64,000 nt of DNA. It comes from Bryobacterales bacterium (lineage in GTDB: Bacteria; Acidobacteriota; Terriglobia; Bryobacterales; UBA6623). Below, piece after piece: positions 1 to 9,872 of the stretch (its first letter is position 1; every line of letters begins with the position of its first letter). The notes under the pieces were generated by a model. That model was not told where the DNA came from. It did no database searches and was given only the letters and a program-made list of their open reading frames with translations. The translations under genes were made by a program, and so were the position numbers. The stretch covers positions 4,409 through 68,408 of the forward strand of contig CBDCYS010000055.1 in assembly GCA_965224215.1 (NCBI GenBank), given 5' to 3'.

Positions 1-14
1 CTTGGGGCAACGGC

Positions 15-719
15 ATGATCAGCGAGGGAAAGGTCACCAGGTTTGCGCCGGCTGACCGCCCAGCAGGAGCGTCAGGCTATACAGCGGTCTATGGACCGCC
101 AGGATGCTACTCTTGCGGCGCCCACTCGGTGCGCGTGGATCACCAGGAAAATATCTGGGTCGTCGACGCGACGGCGCATGTCGTTTACAAAATGAACCAG
201 CGGCGTGAGGTGCTCATGCAGCTCGGGACCAAAGGAGTTTCCGGTGGTGGGTCAGACAAGTTCAACCTGCCGACGGACGTGGCTTTCGCGCCGAATGGCG
301 ATCTCTACGTGACCGATGGGTATGGCAGTGCTCGCGTAGTGAAGTACTCAGCCGACGGCAAGTATATTCTCCAGTGGGGCAAGCGAGGGACGGGTCCTGG
401 CGAGTTTGGGTTGCCTCACAACTTGGTGGTCGACGCGCAAGGGAAGGTCTACGTCACGGACCGCGACAACCAGCGCATCCAGGTGTTTGATTCGAACGGG
501 AAGTTCTTGGACCAATGGAAGGACACCGGAGGCGTGTCTACACTCTTCATGACCAAAGATCAGCAGATATGGACAGGCGGCGTTCTGCGGAACCTGAAGG
601 GAGAAGTGCTGGCCAGGCTACCTGGGAATCCCGGCGGGCACGGCACGACTGTGACTGCGGCTGGAGATGTTTTCATCGCGCAGCTCAGCGGGGTGGTGCA
701 GAAGTTCGTCAAGCAATGA
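15..719 (+). CDS. NHL-repeat beta-propeller protein (5' end probably outside the window)
   Basis: ORF 15..719; the frame stays open back to nt 3. Tandem NHL-type blades (KFNLPTDVAFAPNGDLYVTDGYG; EFGLPHNLVVDAQGKVYVTDRDNQRIQVFD). Confidence 0.7.
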   Translation: MISEGKVTRFAPADRPAGASGYTAVYGPPGCYSCGAHSVRVDHQENIWVVDATAHVVYKMNQRREVLMQLGTKGVSGGGSDKFNLPTDVAFAPNGDLYVTDGYGSARVVKYSADGKYILQWGKRGTGPGEFGLPHNLVVDAQGKVYVTDRDNQRIQVFDSNGKFLDQWKDTGGVSTLFMTKDQQIWTGGVLRNLKGEVLARLPGNPGGHGTTVTAAGDVFIAQLSGVVQKFVKQ

Positions 720-818
720 CTTCTCGTCTGCCAAGGAAAAGGGCGATCCGAATCAAGCTGAGTATTGCCGCGATCTTCGGAAGCTAAGACCTCGTGTCTC
801 TGTGATTGAGCGACTGCT

Positions 819-1988
819 TTGAAGAAGAAGATCCCAATCACCCTTGCGGTAATGGTGCCGCTTGTTGGGGGAGCGTTCTTTTTCGTGCTGCTAGAGCAGC
901 GTCTCAAGAGAATGAACGCTACGTTCAATCCACCGCCATACCTCGCCTCTGAACGCGCGGTCGAGCTTCACAAGCAGCTTCTCGTCGCTGATCTTCACGC
1001 GGATTCGCTGCTTTGGAACAGGGACCTGCTGGAACGCGCGACTCGCGGACACGTCGATGTGCCGAGGCTGATCGAGGGCAACGTCGCGCTTCAGTCTTTT
1101 ACGATCGTGACCAAGACGCCTTACGTGTGGAAGATGAATATCGAGCGAAACGACAATACTTCCGACATGATTACGATCCTCGCGATAGCCCATCGATGGC
1201 CAATGGCGACCTGGCGCAGCCTCACTCAACGAGCGTTGTATCAGGCAAAGAAGCTGCAGGATGCGGCCGCGAGATCGGGCGGGAAGCTGACGGTAATCAG
1301 AACCTTGGCCGAGCTTTCTAACAACCTTGACCGCCGGGTGACGGAGCCCAACATTACAGCCGCGTTTCTGGGTATCGAGGGGGCACAGGCTCTTGACGGG
1401 AACCTCGACAACATCGACGTGCTGTTTGACGCTGGATTTCGGATGATGTCCGCGTCGCATTTTTCTGACACCGACATCGGCGGCTCCGCTCACGGTGTCG
1501 AGAAAGGCGGGCTCACCGACAAGGGCAAAGAGATGATCCGGCGAATGGAAGCAAAGAGTATGATCGTCGACGTTGCGCATGCCTCAGCAAAGACGATCGA
1601 CGATGTGCTTGGGCTGGCCACGCGGCCCGTTCTCGTTTCGCACGGCGGCGTCAAGGGTACTTGCGACAATCAGCGCAATCTAAGCGATGAACAGATAAGA
1701 GGCATCGCGCGAACCGACGGAGTGATCGGAATCGGATTCTGGCGCACCGCGGTGTGCGGCACGGAGGCGAAGGCGATAGCAAAGGCGATGCGTTACACGA
1801 CGAACCTCGTGGGTGTCGACCACGTCGGATTGGGATCAGACTTTGATGGGGCGGTCGTTACGCCCTTCGATACGACCGGGCTGGTTCAAATTACCGATGC
1901 TCTTTTGGGCGAAGATTTCACCGACGAAGACATTGAGAAGATCATGGGCAGAAATGTTCTCCGGCTGCTGATTCAAAACCTTCCCTGA
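819..1988 (+). CDS. membrane dipeptidase, peptidase family M19
   Basis: TTG-start ORF with an N-terminal TM helix. M19 hallmarks: DLHADSLLW, IEGAQAL, DVAHAS, VSHGG, GVDHVGLGSDFDG. Confidence 0.85.
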   Translation: MKKKIPITLAVMVPLVGGAFFFVLLEQRLKRMNATFNPPPYLASERAVELHKQLLVADLHADSLLWNRDLLERATRGHVDVPRLIEGNVALQSFTIVTKTPYVWKMNIERNDNTSDMITILAIAHRWPMATWRSLTQRALYQAKKLQDAAARSGGKLTVIRTLAELSNNLDRRVTEPNITAAFLGIEGAQALDGNLDNIDVLFDAGFRMMSASHFSDTDIGGSAHGVEKGGLTDKGKEMIRRMEAKSMIVDVAHASAKTIDDVLGLATRPVLVSHGGVKGTCDNQRNLSDEQIRGIARTDGVIGIGFWRTAVCGTEAKAIAKAMRYTTNLVGVDHVGLGSDFDGAVVTPFDTTGLVQITDALLGEDFTDEDIEKIMGRNVLRLLIQNLP

Positions 1989-2155
1989 GACAGGCCTTTA
2001 CTTTGCGGTGTTGCCGTTGTGCGACCTGGTAGTTTAGAAGCTGGTCACGGGGTCGCTCGACGAACGCGGGTGTCCTTCGCTACCGTCAAAACGCGCTGCG
2101 TCCTCACGTTTCCTATTCAGTCATTCTTGTGCTTTGCGAAACAACTTGATGCCTT

Positions 2156-3516
2156 GTGAGTCAAACTACAGCCGATCCTTACAAGCTAGATAGCTCCGCG
2201 GTCCAGAGTCCGCCGAAAACCCTTGCCGGCGCGCTGCGCCACGTCGGGCCGGGTTTGATCCTTGCCGCGACCGTTGTCGGTTCAGGCGAACTGGTCGCCA
2301 CTACCGTGCTAGGAGCCGAAACCGGCTACATCCTGCTTTGGCTCATTTTGCTCAGTTGTGCGGTCAAGGTCGTGGTGCAACATGAGATGGGCCGGTTTAC
2401 GATCGGGACGGGCGCCACAACCCTCGAAGCGCTCAACAAAGTTCCGGAGCCGCGCGCGGCTGTCAGTTGGGTCGTCTGGCTGTGGCTGATCATGGCGTGC
2501 TCTCTTTTGTTCTCCACCGGAGGCATGTTAGGGGCGATCGCCGAAGTGCTGCATATGGTCGCACCCGCCATCCCCATCGTTTTTTGGGTTCCCACCGTGA
2601 GCGTCGTAACGTTCTGTTTGCTTTACTACGGCCGCTATGGGCTGATCGAAAAGGCGTCCCTCGTTCTTGTTGGAACGGTCACCGTTATGACGGTAACAGG
2701 CGTGTTTCTGCTGCTGAAGCGCCCCGACCTGTTTTCCTGGGCGGAGGTCGCGAGTGGACTCCAATTTCGAGTTCCTTCTGGTGGCCTTTCGACAGCGCTG
2801 ACGGTTTTCGGTGCGACGGGAGTCGGAGCCGCGGAGCTTGCATCCTACCCCTACTGGTGTATCGAGAAAGGCTACGCACGCTTTACAGGCCCGCACGACG
2901 GAAGCGACGCCTGGGTAAGGCGGGCCCATGGCTGGGTTGGCATCCTGCGACTGGACGTTGTCCTGTCGCTTTTCGTCTACACGTTTGCGACGGTGGCTTT
3001 CTTCCTGCTTGGCGCGGGCGTGCTCCATGGCCTCGACACGATCCACAAGGGGCCGATACGATTCGTTCCCTGTCGATGATGTATAGCGAGACTCTCGGGA
3101 CTTGGTCGTTGCCTTTGTTTCTGATCGGGGTAGTGGCCGTTCTCTATTCGACAATACTTGCTCTGACCGCCGCGTATAGCCGTCTGATAGCGGATTTTCT
3201 TGACGTCGCTGGTTTCTTTGACAGGACGAACTACGAGCAGCGAATGCGTTTCACGCAAGGCGCGATGCTGGCGTTCATCATTTTCCCCTGCATCACTTTT
3301 TACTTCATCCGTGAGCCCGTAGTGATGTTGAAGGTCGGTGGGATTTCGCAGGCCATTCTGCTGCCGATCATTGGCTTTTGCACGGTCTATTTACTGCGCC
3401 GTCACTTGCAGCAATCGATCGCGCCTTCGCGGAACCTCAGGCTGGCGTTGTGGGCAACTTCGTCGGTAATGGCGCTGGTCGTTCTGGGTGCGCTCTACTT
3501 TCAGTTCCGCGCATAG
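2156..3516 (+). pseudogene. NRAMP-family divalent metal transporter, reading frame broken once (or a 1-nt assembly error)
   Basis: The N-part ORF 2156..3079 and the C-part in the 2467 frame (to 3516) together align with the downstream paralog 3594..5234 (GPGLIL..VVGSGEL, LLSC.VKVVVQ.E; SMMYSETLGTWSLPLFLIG vs SSIYTDSFGGWAASLFLVG). The switch is at the G4 run 3049-3052; one extra G gives ..LHGLDTIHKGADTIRSLSMMYSE.. Confidence 0.8.
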
Positions 3517-3593
3517 TCCGCGGTCTTCCCGAACTAAGAACCCGGTTTGAAGCTAGACTTGCGTGAGGGCTTGATCAGGACCCCGCCCGTCCC

Positions 3594-5234
3594 ATGCCGA
3601 CAACCGATCCCTATACCAGAAACGCCGCTGACTACCTGGAACCGCCTCGCGGATTTTGGGCCACGGCGCGCCATCTCGGTCCCGGGATGATCCTCGTCGG
3701 CTCGGTTGTAGGTTCAGGCGAATTAATTGTGACGACCAAGTTGGGTGCGGTCGCCGGCTTTGTCTTGCTTTGGTTTGTCCTGCTTTCTTGCTTCGTCAAG
3801 GTCGTCGTTCAGACCGAACTGGCACGGCACACCATTGCCAGCGGCCAGACTTTCTTGCGAGTATTCAACAGCCTGCCCGGGCCGAAAGCGCCGCGGCCCG
3901 CCTGGCTGACCTTGCCTTGGATGGCGGTGGTGATTCTCTGCTGTGTCGGGGCTGTTGCCACCTTCGTGCATCTGGACGAAAGTTCGCGAACCGCGCCCGC
4001 CGCGCTGCTATTGAGTGCCGGCGTTGTCATCGTCTCATTGCTCACCGCCTGGATGGTTAGCCGCCGAGAATCAGCTTCGGGTGGGGCGGTGCCGGGGACG
4101 GTGTCCCAGCTCGGAACTCGCCCTGATGTGAACTGGTTCACGTGGCTTTGGCTGGCATCCTCGTTGCTTGTTTTCGTCAACTCGGGAGCGATTTTGGGAG
4201 GAGCCGGGCAAGTGCTCGAAATGGCACTCCCGGGTATTCTCGGCGAAGGCGGAGCACGCTATTGGTCGATCATCGTCGCGATTCTCTGCGGCGCGTTGCT
4301 GCTCGCTGGAACGTACAGTTCTTTGGAGAAATTGCTCATCGCGTTGGTCGCCTCATTTACCTTGCTGACGGTTGTCTGCACAGCGCTTCTGCAGTGGACT
4401 GGGTTCTCCGTGAGCTGGCAGGACATCGCCGGCGGGCTGTCGCTCGGTGTGCCAGATGAAATCTCGATGATGTTGGTGCTGACGGCGCTCGCGATGTACG
4501 CGGGCACCGGCGTGGCATTCGGCGAGATGTGGACCTACACGTATTGGTGCGTCGAGAAGGGCTATGCCCGCAACGCCGGAGCGCCACAGGCGGGCAGCCA
4601 GTGGCCGCGCCGGGCGAAAGGGTGGATTCGGGTCATGTATACGGATGCCGCCCTGACGATGGTCATCTATACCGTCAGCACTGTGTGTTTTTATATCCTG
4701 GGCGCCGCCATCCTCCACATTCAGCAGCTCAATCCGGACGGGCGGGAAACGATCGTAACGCTCAGCTCGATCTACACCGATAGCTTCGGCGGTTGGGCGG
4801 CAAGTTTGTTTCTCGTTGGGTCGTTCGTTGTCCTCTTTACGACCGTGTTGTCAGGAGCCGCGGCGAGCAGCCGTACGATGGCCGATGCGCTCGCCGTGAT
4901 TGGGATCATCAATGCTGCCGACTACACGGCTCGGCTGCGGTTCATTCGGCTCTTCGTCGTCGTCTCGCTCGTGTTGTTTGCCGTTGCCTACTGGTTGTTC
5001 GAGAACCCGCCGCAAATGCTGCTGATTACCAGCAGCGTGATTGCTGCCTTGATGTACCCCATTTTGGGACTGGGCACGCTTTATCTTCGGTATCGCAGGG
5101 TAGATTCTCGGATAGTCCCGGGCCCGCTCACGACGGCATGGTTGTGGGTCTGCGCGATCGTGCTGGCAGTCGTCTCACCCGGCGGTATCCTCGGGGCTCT
5201 GGCGATTACCTTCGGCTGGATCAACTTCGGATGA
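3594..5234 (+). CDS. NRAMP-family divalent metal transporter (long paralog)
   Basis: Intact 546-aa polytopic ORF. Shares GPGMILVGSVVGSGEL, LLSCFVKVVVQTELARH and YWCVEKGYAR with the upstream gene. Confidence 0.8.
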   Translation: MPTTDPYTRNAADYLEPPRGFWATARHLGPGMILVGSVVGSGELIVTTKLGAVAGFVLLWFVLLSCFVKVVVQTELARHTIASGQTFLRVFNSLPGPKAPRPAWLTLPWMAVVILCCVGAVATFVHLDESSRTAPAALLLSAGVVIVSLLTAWMVSRRESASGGAVPGTVSQLGTRPDVNWFTWLWLASSLLVFVNSGAILGGAGQVLEMALPGILGEGGARYWSIIVAILCGALLLAGTYSSLEKLLIALVASFTLLTVVCTALLQWTGFSVSWQDIAGGLSLGVPDEISMMLVLTALAMYAGTGVAFGEMWTYTYWCVEKGYARNAGAPQAGSQWPRRAKGWIRVMYTDAALTMVIYTVSTVCFYILGAAILHIQQLNPDGRETIVTLSSIYTDSFGGWAASLFLVGSFVVLFTTVLSGAAASSRTMADALAVIGIINAADYTARLRFIRLFVVVSLVLFAVAYWLFENPPQMLLITSSVIAALMYPILGLGTLYLRYRRVDSRIVPGPLTTAWLWVCAIVLAVVSPGGILGALAITFGWINFG

Positions 5235-5251
5235 GCCGGTCCCGCCGAACG

Positions 5252-6325
5252 TCACGCTTCGACCGCCGCGATGAGCGCCTGGATATAACCCACGGTCCAG
5301 GCCCTGCCGCGGTGGCACCATTCCGCGTCTCCAACCATGCGAGGCACATGGTCGGGGAGCAAGAAGCCGTGAAACCCCACCTGTTTGAGGGTTCGTATCG
5401 TCTCGACGGGATCGCAGTTTCCGTCGCCGAGGTAACATTCCGTGAAATCCTCGACAGAGCCTTGAACGTCCCGTAAATGGACGTAGAAGAGCTTGTTGCG
5501 CTCTCCAAAATAGCGGATGGCATCGATGACGCCGGCTCCCCCCTTCATCTCGGACCAGCAACCATGACAGAAGTCCAGCCCGTGCATCGGGCTATCGAAA
5601 GTTTCCATCGCGCGGCGGAAGTTTTCGAAGTTGCGGAACACACGTCCCACGCCTCCGAGCGAGGGTACGGGAGGATCGTCTGGGTGAAGCGCCAGCCGCA
5701 GGCCAACTTCCTCGCAAACGGGCAGAATGCGCTCCAGATACCAACAGTAGTTCTGCCAGATTTCCTCTTCCGTGTATTCGCGCTTGACGCCAATATTGCC
5801 CCAACTTCCAAACGATGAGTCGTCGCCTGGTTTCGCCGATCGGGCCGTCTCGTAGTGAAACGCCGTCGCGGCCGCACCACCCCGAACCGGCTTGTCTTGG
5901 GATGTTCGCCACACGCCCGTTGGCATGAAAGCGTACCCGAGGTAGGGGATACCGGCTCGCGCGACGTTGCGAATCGTGTAGACCATGTTCTCCAACTGCT
6001 TGTCGCGGCCATCGCCACCCAGCATGATCTGGTCGTAGAATCTTGTCGGCACATTTTCGATCGCGATCAATCGCAACTGAGCCTCGGCCGCTTGCTGGAC
6101 AAGCCCGGCGAGATCTTCATATTCCCAGCGCTCCTCCCCTGGCAGCAACGGCGCATTCAGTTGGAAGTCGTCGCAGCCGCACTGCTTGATAAACTGCAGC
6201 CGCGAGGGCGTTATTTCATGGAACTGGCCCAGGCCGACGCGCATGGGAAGGTCGTCAAGATTGATCCGTTCAAGATTGATCATGGTTGAGTGAATGTCGG
6301 ATACGGGAATACTGGCTGCAATCAA
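5252..6325 (-). CDS. mannonate dehydratase-like (UxuA family, xylose-isomerase-like TIM barrel)
   Basis: 357-aa ORF. GIPYLGYAFMPTGVWRT resembles the UxuA ..CYNFMPV.DWTRT segment, and the C-terminal half (HPDDPP, FCHGCW) fits the fold. The TTG at 6325 is the longest start; ATG at 6283 is more likely. Confidence 0.55.
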   Translation of the reverse strand: MIAASIPVSDIHSTMINLERINLDDLPMRVGLGQFHEITPSRLQFIKQCGCDDFQLNAPLLPGEERWEYEDLAGLVQQAAEAQLRLIAIENVPTRFYDQIMLGGDGRDKQLENMVYTIRNVARAGIPYLGYAFMPTGVWRTSQDKPVRGGAAATAFHYETARSAKPGDDSSFGSWGNIGVKREYTEEEIWQNYCWYLERILPVCEEVGLRLALHPDDPPVPSLGGVGRVFRNFENFRRAMETFDSPMHGLDFCHGCWSEMKGGAGVIDAIRYFGERNKLFYVHLRDVQGSVEDFTECYLGDGNCDPVETIRTLKQVGFHGFLLPDHVPRMVGDAEWCHRGRAWTVGYIQALIAAVEA

Positions 6326-6690
6326 TGCTGGATGTAGGAATCAATATCGGATAACCGAAATGGCGGCTACCCAACACGTTCAGCTTGGCGAACCATTTGG
6401 CCGCGACTACGTCAGGCTGGTAGAGCTACACCGAGTCCACCTGCCAGGGAGCCTCAATTCCGAGGATGCGCCGATACAGTTCGTAATCTAGCATCCCGGA
6501 ATTGTCGCATGCCGGCCCCCAGACGACATCGTCAACCCACTACAGACCCGGAATTCCCGTTTTTAATCCGAAAAGGCCTTTTTGCGCCGGAAAGTAGCTA
6601 GTCAATGCCGCGGGAACCCACACCGACCGGGTCGGGAACTTCAGCGTTGCGCCATGACAAGTCGCATCCCAAACCCGCTGGCGCTCCAGC

Positions 6691-7555
6691 TCACCGAGGG
6701 CGAGCGTCGATGCCGAAGTCGCGCTCGACCGAGTCGTACCATTCGTCGTCGCTTTGGGCTCCCCAGGCGACCCACTCTTCGTCGGTCTTGCCGGAGCGCC
6801 ACTCAAGGAAGGGGACGGCGTCTGGACCGACCGGGTGGCGGAGCTGCCAACTGTCGCCCTCCCCGATCTCAAGGATCTTGTCGGCGACTATTGACGGGTC
6901 GACAGGGTTCTTGAGAACCGCTTGGAAGAGGCGGGAGAATCGGTCGCCCTGTGAATAGTTCGACTCGCCGGCCGCCTGCTCGGCGCCTCTCGCCATGGGA
7001 GTATCAATAATTCCCGGCTGGACGATCGCGACGCGCACGTTGAAGGGTTTCAGCTCCTGGGCGAGGCCTTCGCTCAGCGCTTCGAAGGCCCACTTGGAGG
7101 CGGCGTAGGCCGACTGTGGAGAGGCGCAGATTCGGCCCGCGATCGAAGTGACGTTGATGATGCATCCTGAGCGACGCTCGCGCATCTCGCCTACCACGGC
7201 CTGGATGCACCGGAGTGGGCCGAAGTAATTGGTCTCCATCGCTTGGCGGAAATCCGAGAGAGGGAGCTCTTCGATCGCACCCGATTTCAAGACGCCGGCG
7301 TTGTTGACAAGTACGTCAATGCCCCGGATTTCTGGCGGATCGCTCCGATGGCTTTCGAGACGGATTCGTCCGAGTCGACGTCCATCACGGAAACTTGGAT
7401 GGGCAGTCCCTCGGCGTCAGCGGTTTCGCCTAGGTGCGGGTAACGCTGCGGATCCCGCATTGTCCCGCGTAGACAGTGTGGCCAACGCGGCCGAAGGCGA
7501 GGGCCGTCGAGAGGCCTATTCCTTTGCTTGTGCCTGTAATGAGTACGTTTGCCAT
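6691..7555 (-). pseudogene. short-chain dehydrogenase/reductase (SDR) with two frame breaks (or two 1-nt assembly errors)
   Basis: Three minus-strand frame segments: MANVLITGTSKGIGLSTALAFGRVGHTVYAG / MRDPQRYPHLGETADAEGLPIQVSVMDVDSDESVSKAIGAIRQKSG / IDVLVNNAGVLKSGAIEEL...YAASKWAFEAL. TGxxxGIG, NNAG and YxxxK are all present. Breaks are at the C3 run 7464-7466 and the C4 run 7323-7326. RBS GGAG precedes the ATG at 7555. Confidence 0.8.
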
Positions 7556-7628
7556 TTACGGTATCTCCGCTGGGATCCTAGCCGACCAAAGTCCGTCAAT
7601 TGTACCTCTCAACCAGGATTCCTTTTTG

Positions 7629-7781
7629 GACCACGAGGGACGACCACGAGGGACAGGAACCTGTGAATAAATTGAAACTCGCCGCTCTTGGCCCTGATGG
7701 CTGCATCGCAAGCCCTTTTGATTCAACACTGCAAACCTCAGAATCTGGCAGTTCAAGCGCCCGAAATCAATTTATTCACAG
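7629..7781. promoter_or_regulatory. candidate operator sites in a divergent promoter region: 13-bp perfect tandem direct repeat plus 15-bp perfect inverted repeat
   Basis: GACCACGAGGGAC occurs twice (7629-7641, 7642-7654). CTGTGAATAAATTGA (7661-7675) pairs with TCAATTTATTCACAG (7767-7781). The region lies between the divergent SDR and MlrC genes. Confidence 0.3.
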
Positions 7782-7914
7782 CTTACAGTCACCTTAATCA
7801 ATATAGCCAATCAAGGGCGCCCGCCGACACTCCGCGCGCCGATTTCGCGCGGTGTTTGCTTCCTAGGCCTTCGGTATGTGACCGCCGCAGGGTCGCTTCA
7901 GGCATAATCGTTGA

Positions 7915-9423
7915 GTGCCCCAAGTCATCGTCGCTGAATGCCGGCAGGAAATTTCGTCCTTCAATCCGATCCCAAGTCGCTACGACGACTTCTCCGTCCG
8001 GTTTGGTGCTGAGGTGCTCGACTACTACTCCACGGCGCGGGGTGAGGTCGGGGGTGCTCTTGACGTCCTTCAGGCCGAGGACGGCTACGAAGTGGTTCCC
8101 ACCTACAGTGCCGAGTCGATCACCTCTGGAGGCACTCTCAATGCGAATGACTTCGAACGCATCGCGGGCGACTTCCTCGGCGAGTTAAAAAAGGCCGGGT
8201 CCGTTGATGGCGCATATTTTGCCCTGCACGGGGCCATGGGCGCGGAAGGTCAGGATGATCCGGAAGCCTACCTGCTCAAAGAATCCCGAAAAATCTTGGG
8301 AGAGGACATCCCAATCGTGGTGTCACTGGACCTCCACGGTGTTGTGACCGACGGCATGCTCGAGCTCAGCGACGCGATTGTCATTTACCACACCTATCCC
8401 CATGTGGATTTTTACGAGACCGGCGTCAGAGCCGCGCGGCTTCTCATCAGCATCCTCGCGGGGAAGGCAAAGCCGCTCATGGGGCGGGTCAAGATTCCAG
8501 CGCTCGTTCGCGGCGACGAACTCATTACCGAGACAGGCAGTTTCGGGGACGTAGTTGGGCGGGCGCAAGAGATGGAACAACACCCCAAAGGGCTCGCGGC
8601 TGGAATGCTCATCGGCAACCCTTTTACCGACGTGCCGGAGTTGCGGTCGAACAGCCTGGTCGTCACGAACGACGATCGTGAACTAGCCGAACTGTGGACG
8701 GCGGAATTGGCGAACCAAATGTGGAGACATCACGAGCAGATGCAAGTTCCGCTGACAAGCATCGAAGAGGCTGTCCGAATCGCTGGTCAAACGGAGGGAA
8801 CCGTTGTTCTGATGGACGCTGCCGATGCGACCAGTTCCGGGGCCTCGGGGGACAGCGTCGCTATTGTGCGTGAGCTTGTAGCGTCTGGATACCAAGGCAG
8901 CGTGCTCGCGCCGATCGTCGACCCACCGGCTGTCGCAAAGGCTTTTGCCGTGGGCGTCGGCGGTACGATTCGAACCGCTGTTGGCGGAGCGCTCGATCCA
9001 CGAAAGTTCAAGCCCCTTGACGTCGAGGCGCGCGTGAAACTCCTATCGGATGGACAAATCCGCAGCGAGTCGTTCGGCAGCAAATGGTCGGCGGGGCCGA
9101 CAGCCGTCCTCGAGTTCGGCAAGTCCGGTTTCGTTGTCACGAGCCGTCCGGTCAGTCTTTTTGATCGAGCGCTGTTCTATGCGCACGGGCAGGATCCCAA
9201 ACGTTTCGATTTGGTCGTCGTGAAGTCACCCCACTGCGAGCCACATATGTTTGCTGACTGGTGTGGCCGTTTGATCAACGTCGACGGCCCCGGAGCGACT
9301 AGCGCCAACCTCCCGACCCTCGGGCACACGAAATGCGCCAGGCCGGTTTTTCCGCTCGACGAGGCCGTCCCATTCGCGCCTGAAGTCGAAATCTTCCAGC
9401 GCGCTCGTTACGGTCGAGTCTAG
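7915..9423 (+). CDS. M81-family metallopeptidase (MlrC-like)
   Basis: GTG-start 502-aa ORF. DGAYFALHGAM, IVVSLDLHGVVTD and YHTYPHVDFYETG fit the DUF1485 + MlrC C-terminal architecture. Confidence 0.75.
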   Translation: MPQVIVAECRQEISSFNPIPSRYDDFSVRFGAEVLDYYSTARGEVGGALDVLQAEDGYEVVPTYSAESITSGGTLNANDFERIAGDFLGELKKAGSVDGAYFALHGAMGAEGQDDPEAYLLKESRKILGEDIPIVVSLDLHGVVTDGMLELSDAIVIYHTYPHVDFYETGVRAARLLISILAGKAKPLMGRVKIPALVRGDELITETGSFGDVVGRAQEMEQHPKGLAAGMLIGNPFTDVPELRSNSLVVTNDDRELAELWTAELANQMWRHHEQMQVPLTSIEEAVRIAGQTEGTVVLMDAADATSSGASGDSVAIVRELVASGYQGSVLAPIVDPPAVAKAFAVGVGGTIRTAVGGALDPRKFKPLDVEARVKLLSDGQIRSESFGSKWSAGPTAVLEFGKSGFVVTSRPVSLFDRALFYAHGQDPKRFDLVVVKSPHCEPHMFADWCGRLINVDGPGATSANLPTLGHTKCARPVFPLDEAVPFAPEVEIFQRARYGRV

Positions 9424-9696
9424 CCCGCATTCTTTGACAAACAGACAGGCGAAGGACCCTTCTGGCGAAAGAGCGGCTCTATTGGCCGCCATGTCAACGC
9501 GGTTGTGTACACGTGCTAGCCTGCATTTCTCACCACGTGGCGAGACGAAAGGCGCGAGATGCCTGTCAGTACGAGGCACGCACCGCTTGACGCCCCCCAC
9601 TTGGTCAACGAGGCTTGCTTCGGCTCCTGGCTTCCGGCTCCGCTTCGCGGCCGGAGCAGGAGGGGCCCTGCGGGGATCGCGGTGAATGCGGTCAAA

Positions 9697-9787
9697 GAAA
9701 GCCGCGAAGCGGCGAAAGAAGATCAGCCTAGGGCGCCAGCCCTAGGTAAGAAATCGAAACAAGAACAAGCCCTGAAAGGGCGACACG
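9697..9787. repeat. REP-like hairpin module, left copy (inverted partner at 10991-11086)
   Basis: AGCCGCGAAGCGGCGAAAGAAGATCAGCCTAGGGCGCCAGCCCTAGG...GCCCTGAAAGGGCGACACG. It contains the hairpins CCTAGGGC-GCCA-GCCCTAGG and GCCC-TGAAA-GGGC. Its reverse complement recurs at 10991-11086 with a few mismatches. Confidence 0.7.
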
Positions 9788-9872
9788 CACCGTCCCGCCT
9801 TGCGTCTTTCTCTCGTCGTCCTTTCTTGGATGCGGGCCCACGGACGCCATTCCGGGCGGTCGAGCGCTCCGA

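Noticed and set aside
891-1580. Long antisense or overlapping ORFs throughout the window (for example 891..1580-, 2528..3154-, 19187..19873-, 22693..23286-, 38017..39123-, 47024..47995+, 53678..54487+, 58227..58832-, 58612..59376-).
   Set aside because: They lie entirely inside well-supported genes on the other strand or in another frame. Their products are Arg/Pro/Gly/Ala-rich, low-complexity translations typical of GC-rich shadow frames, and none shows a family signature.
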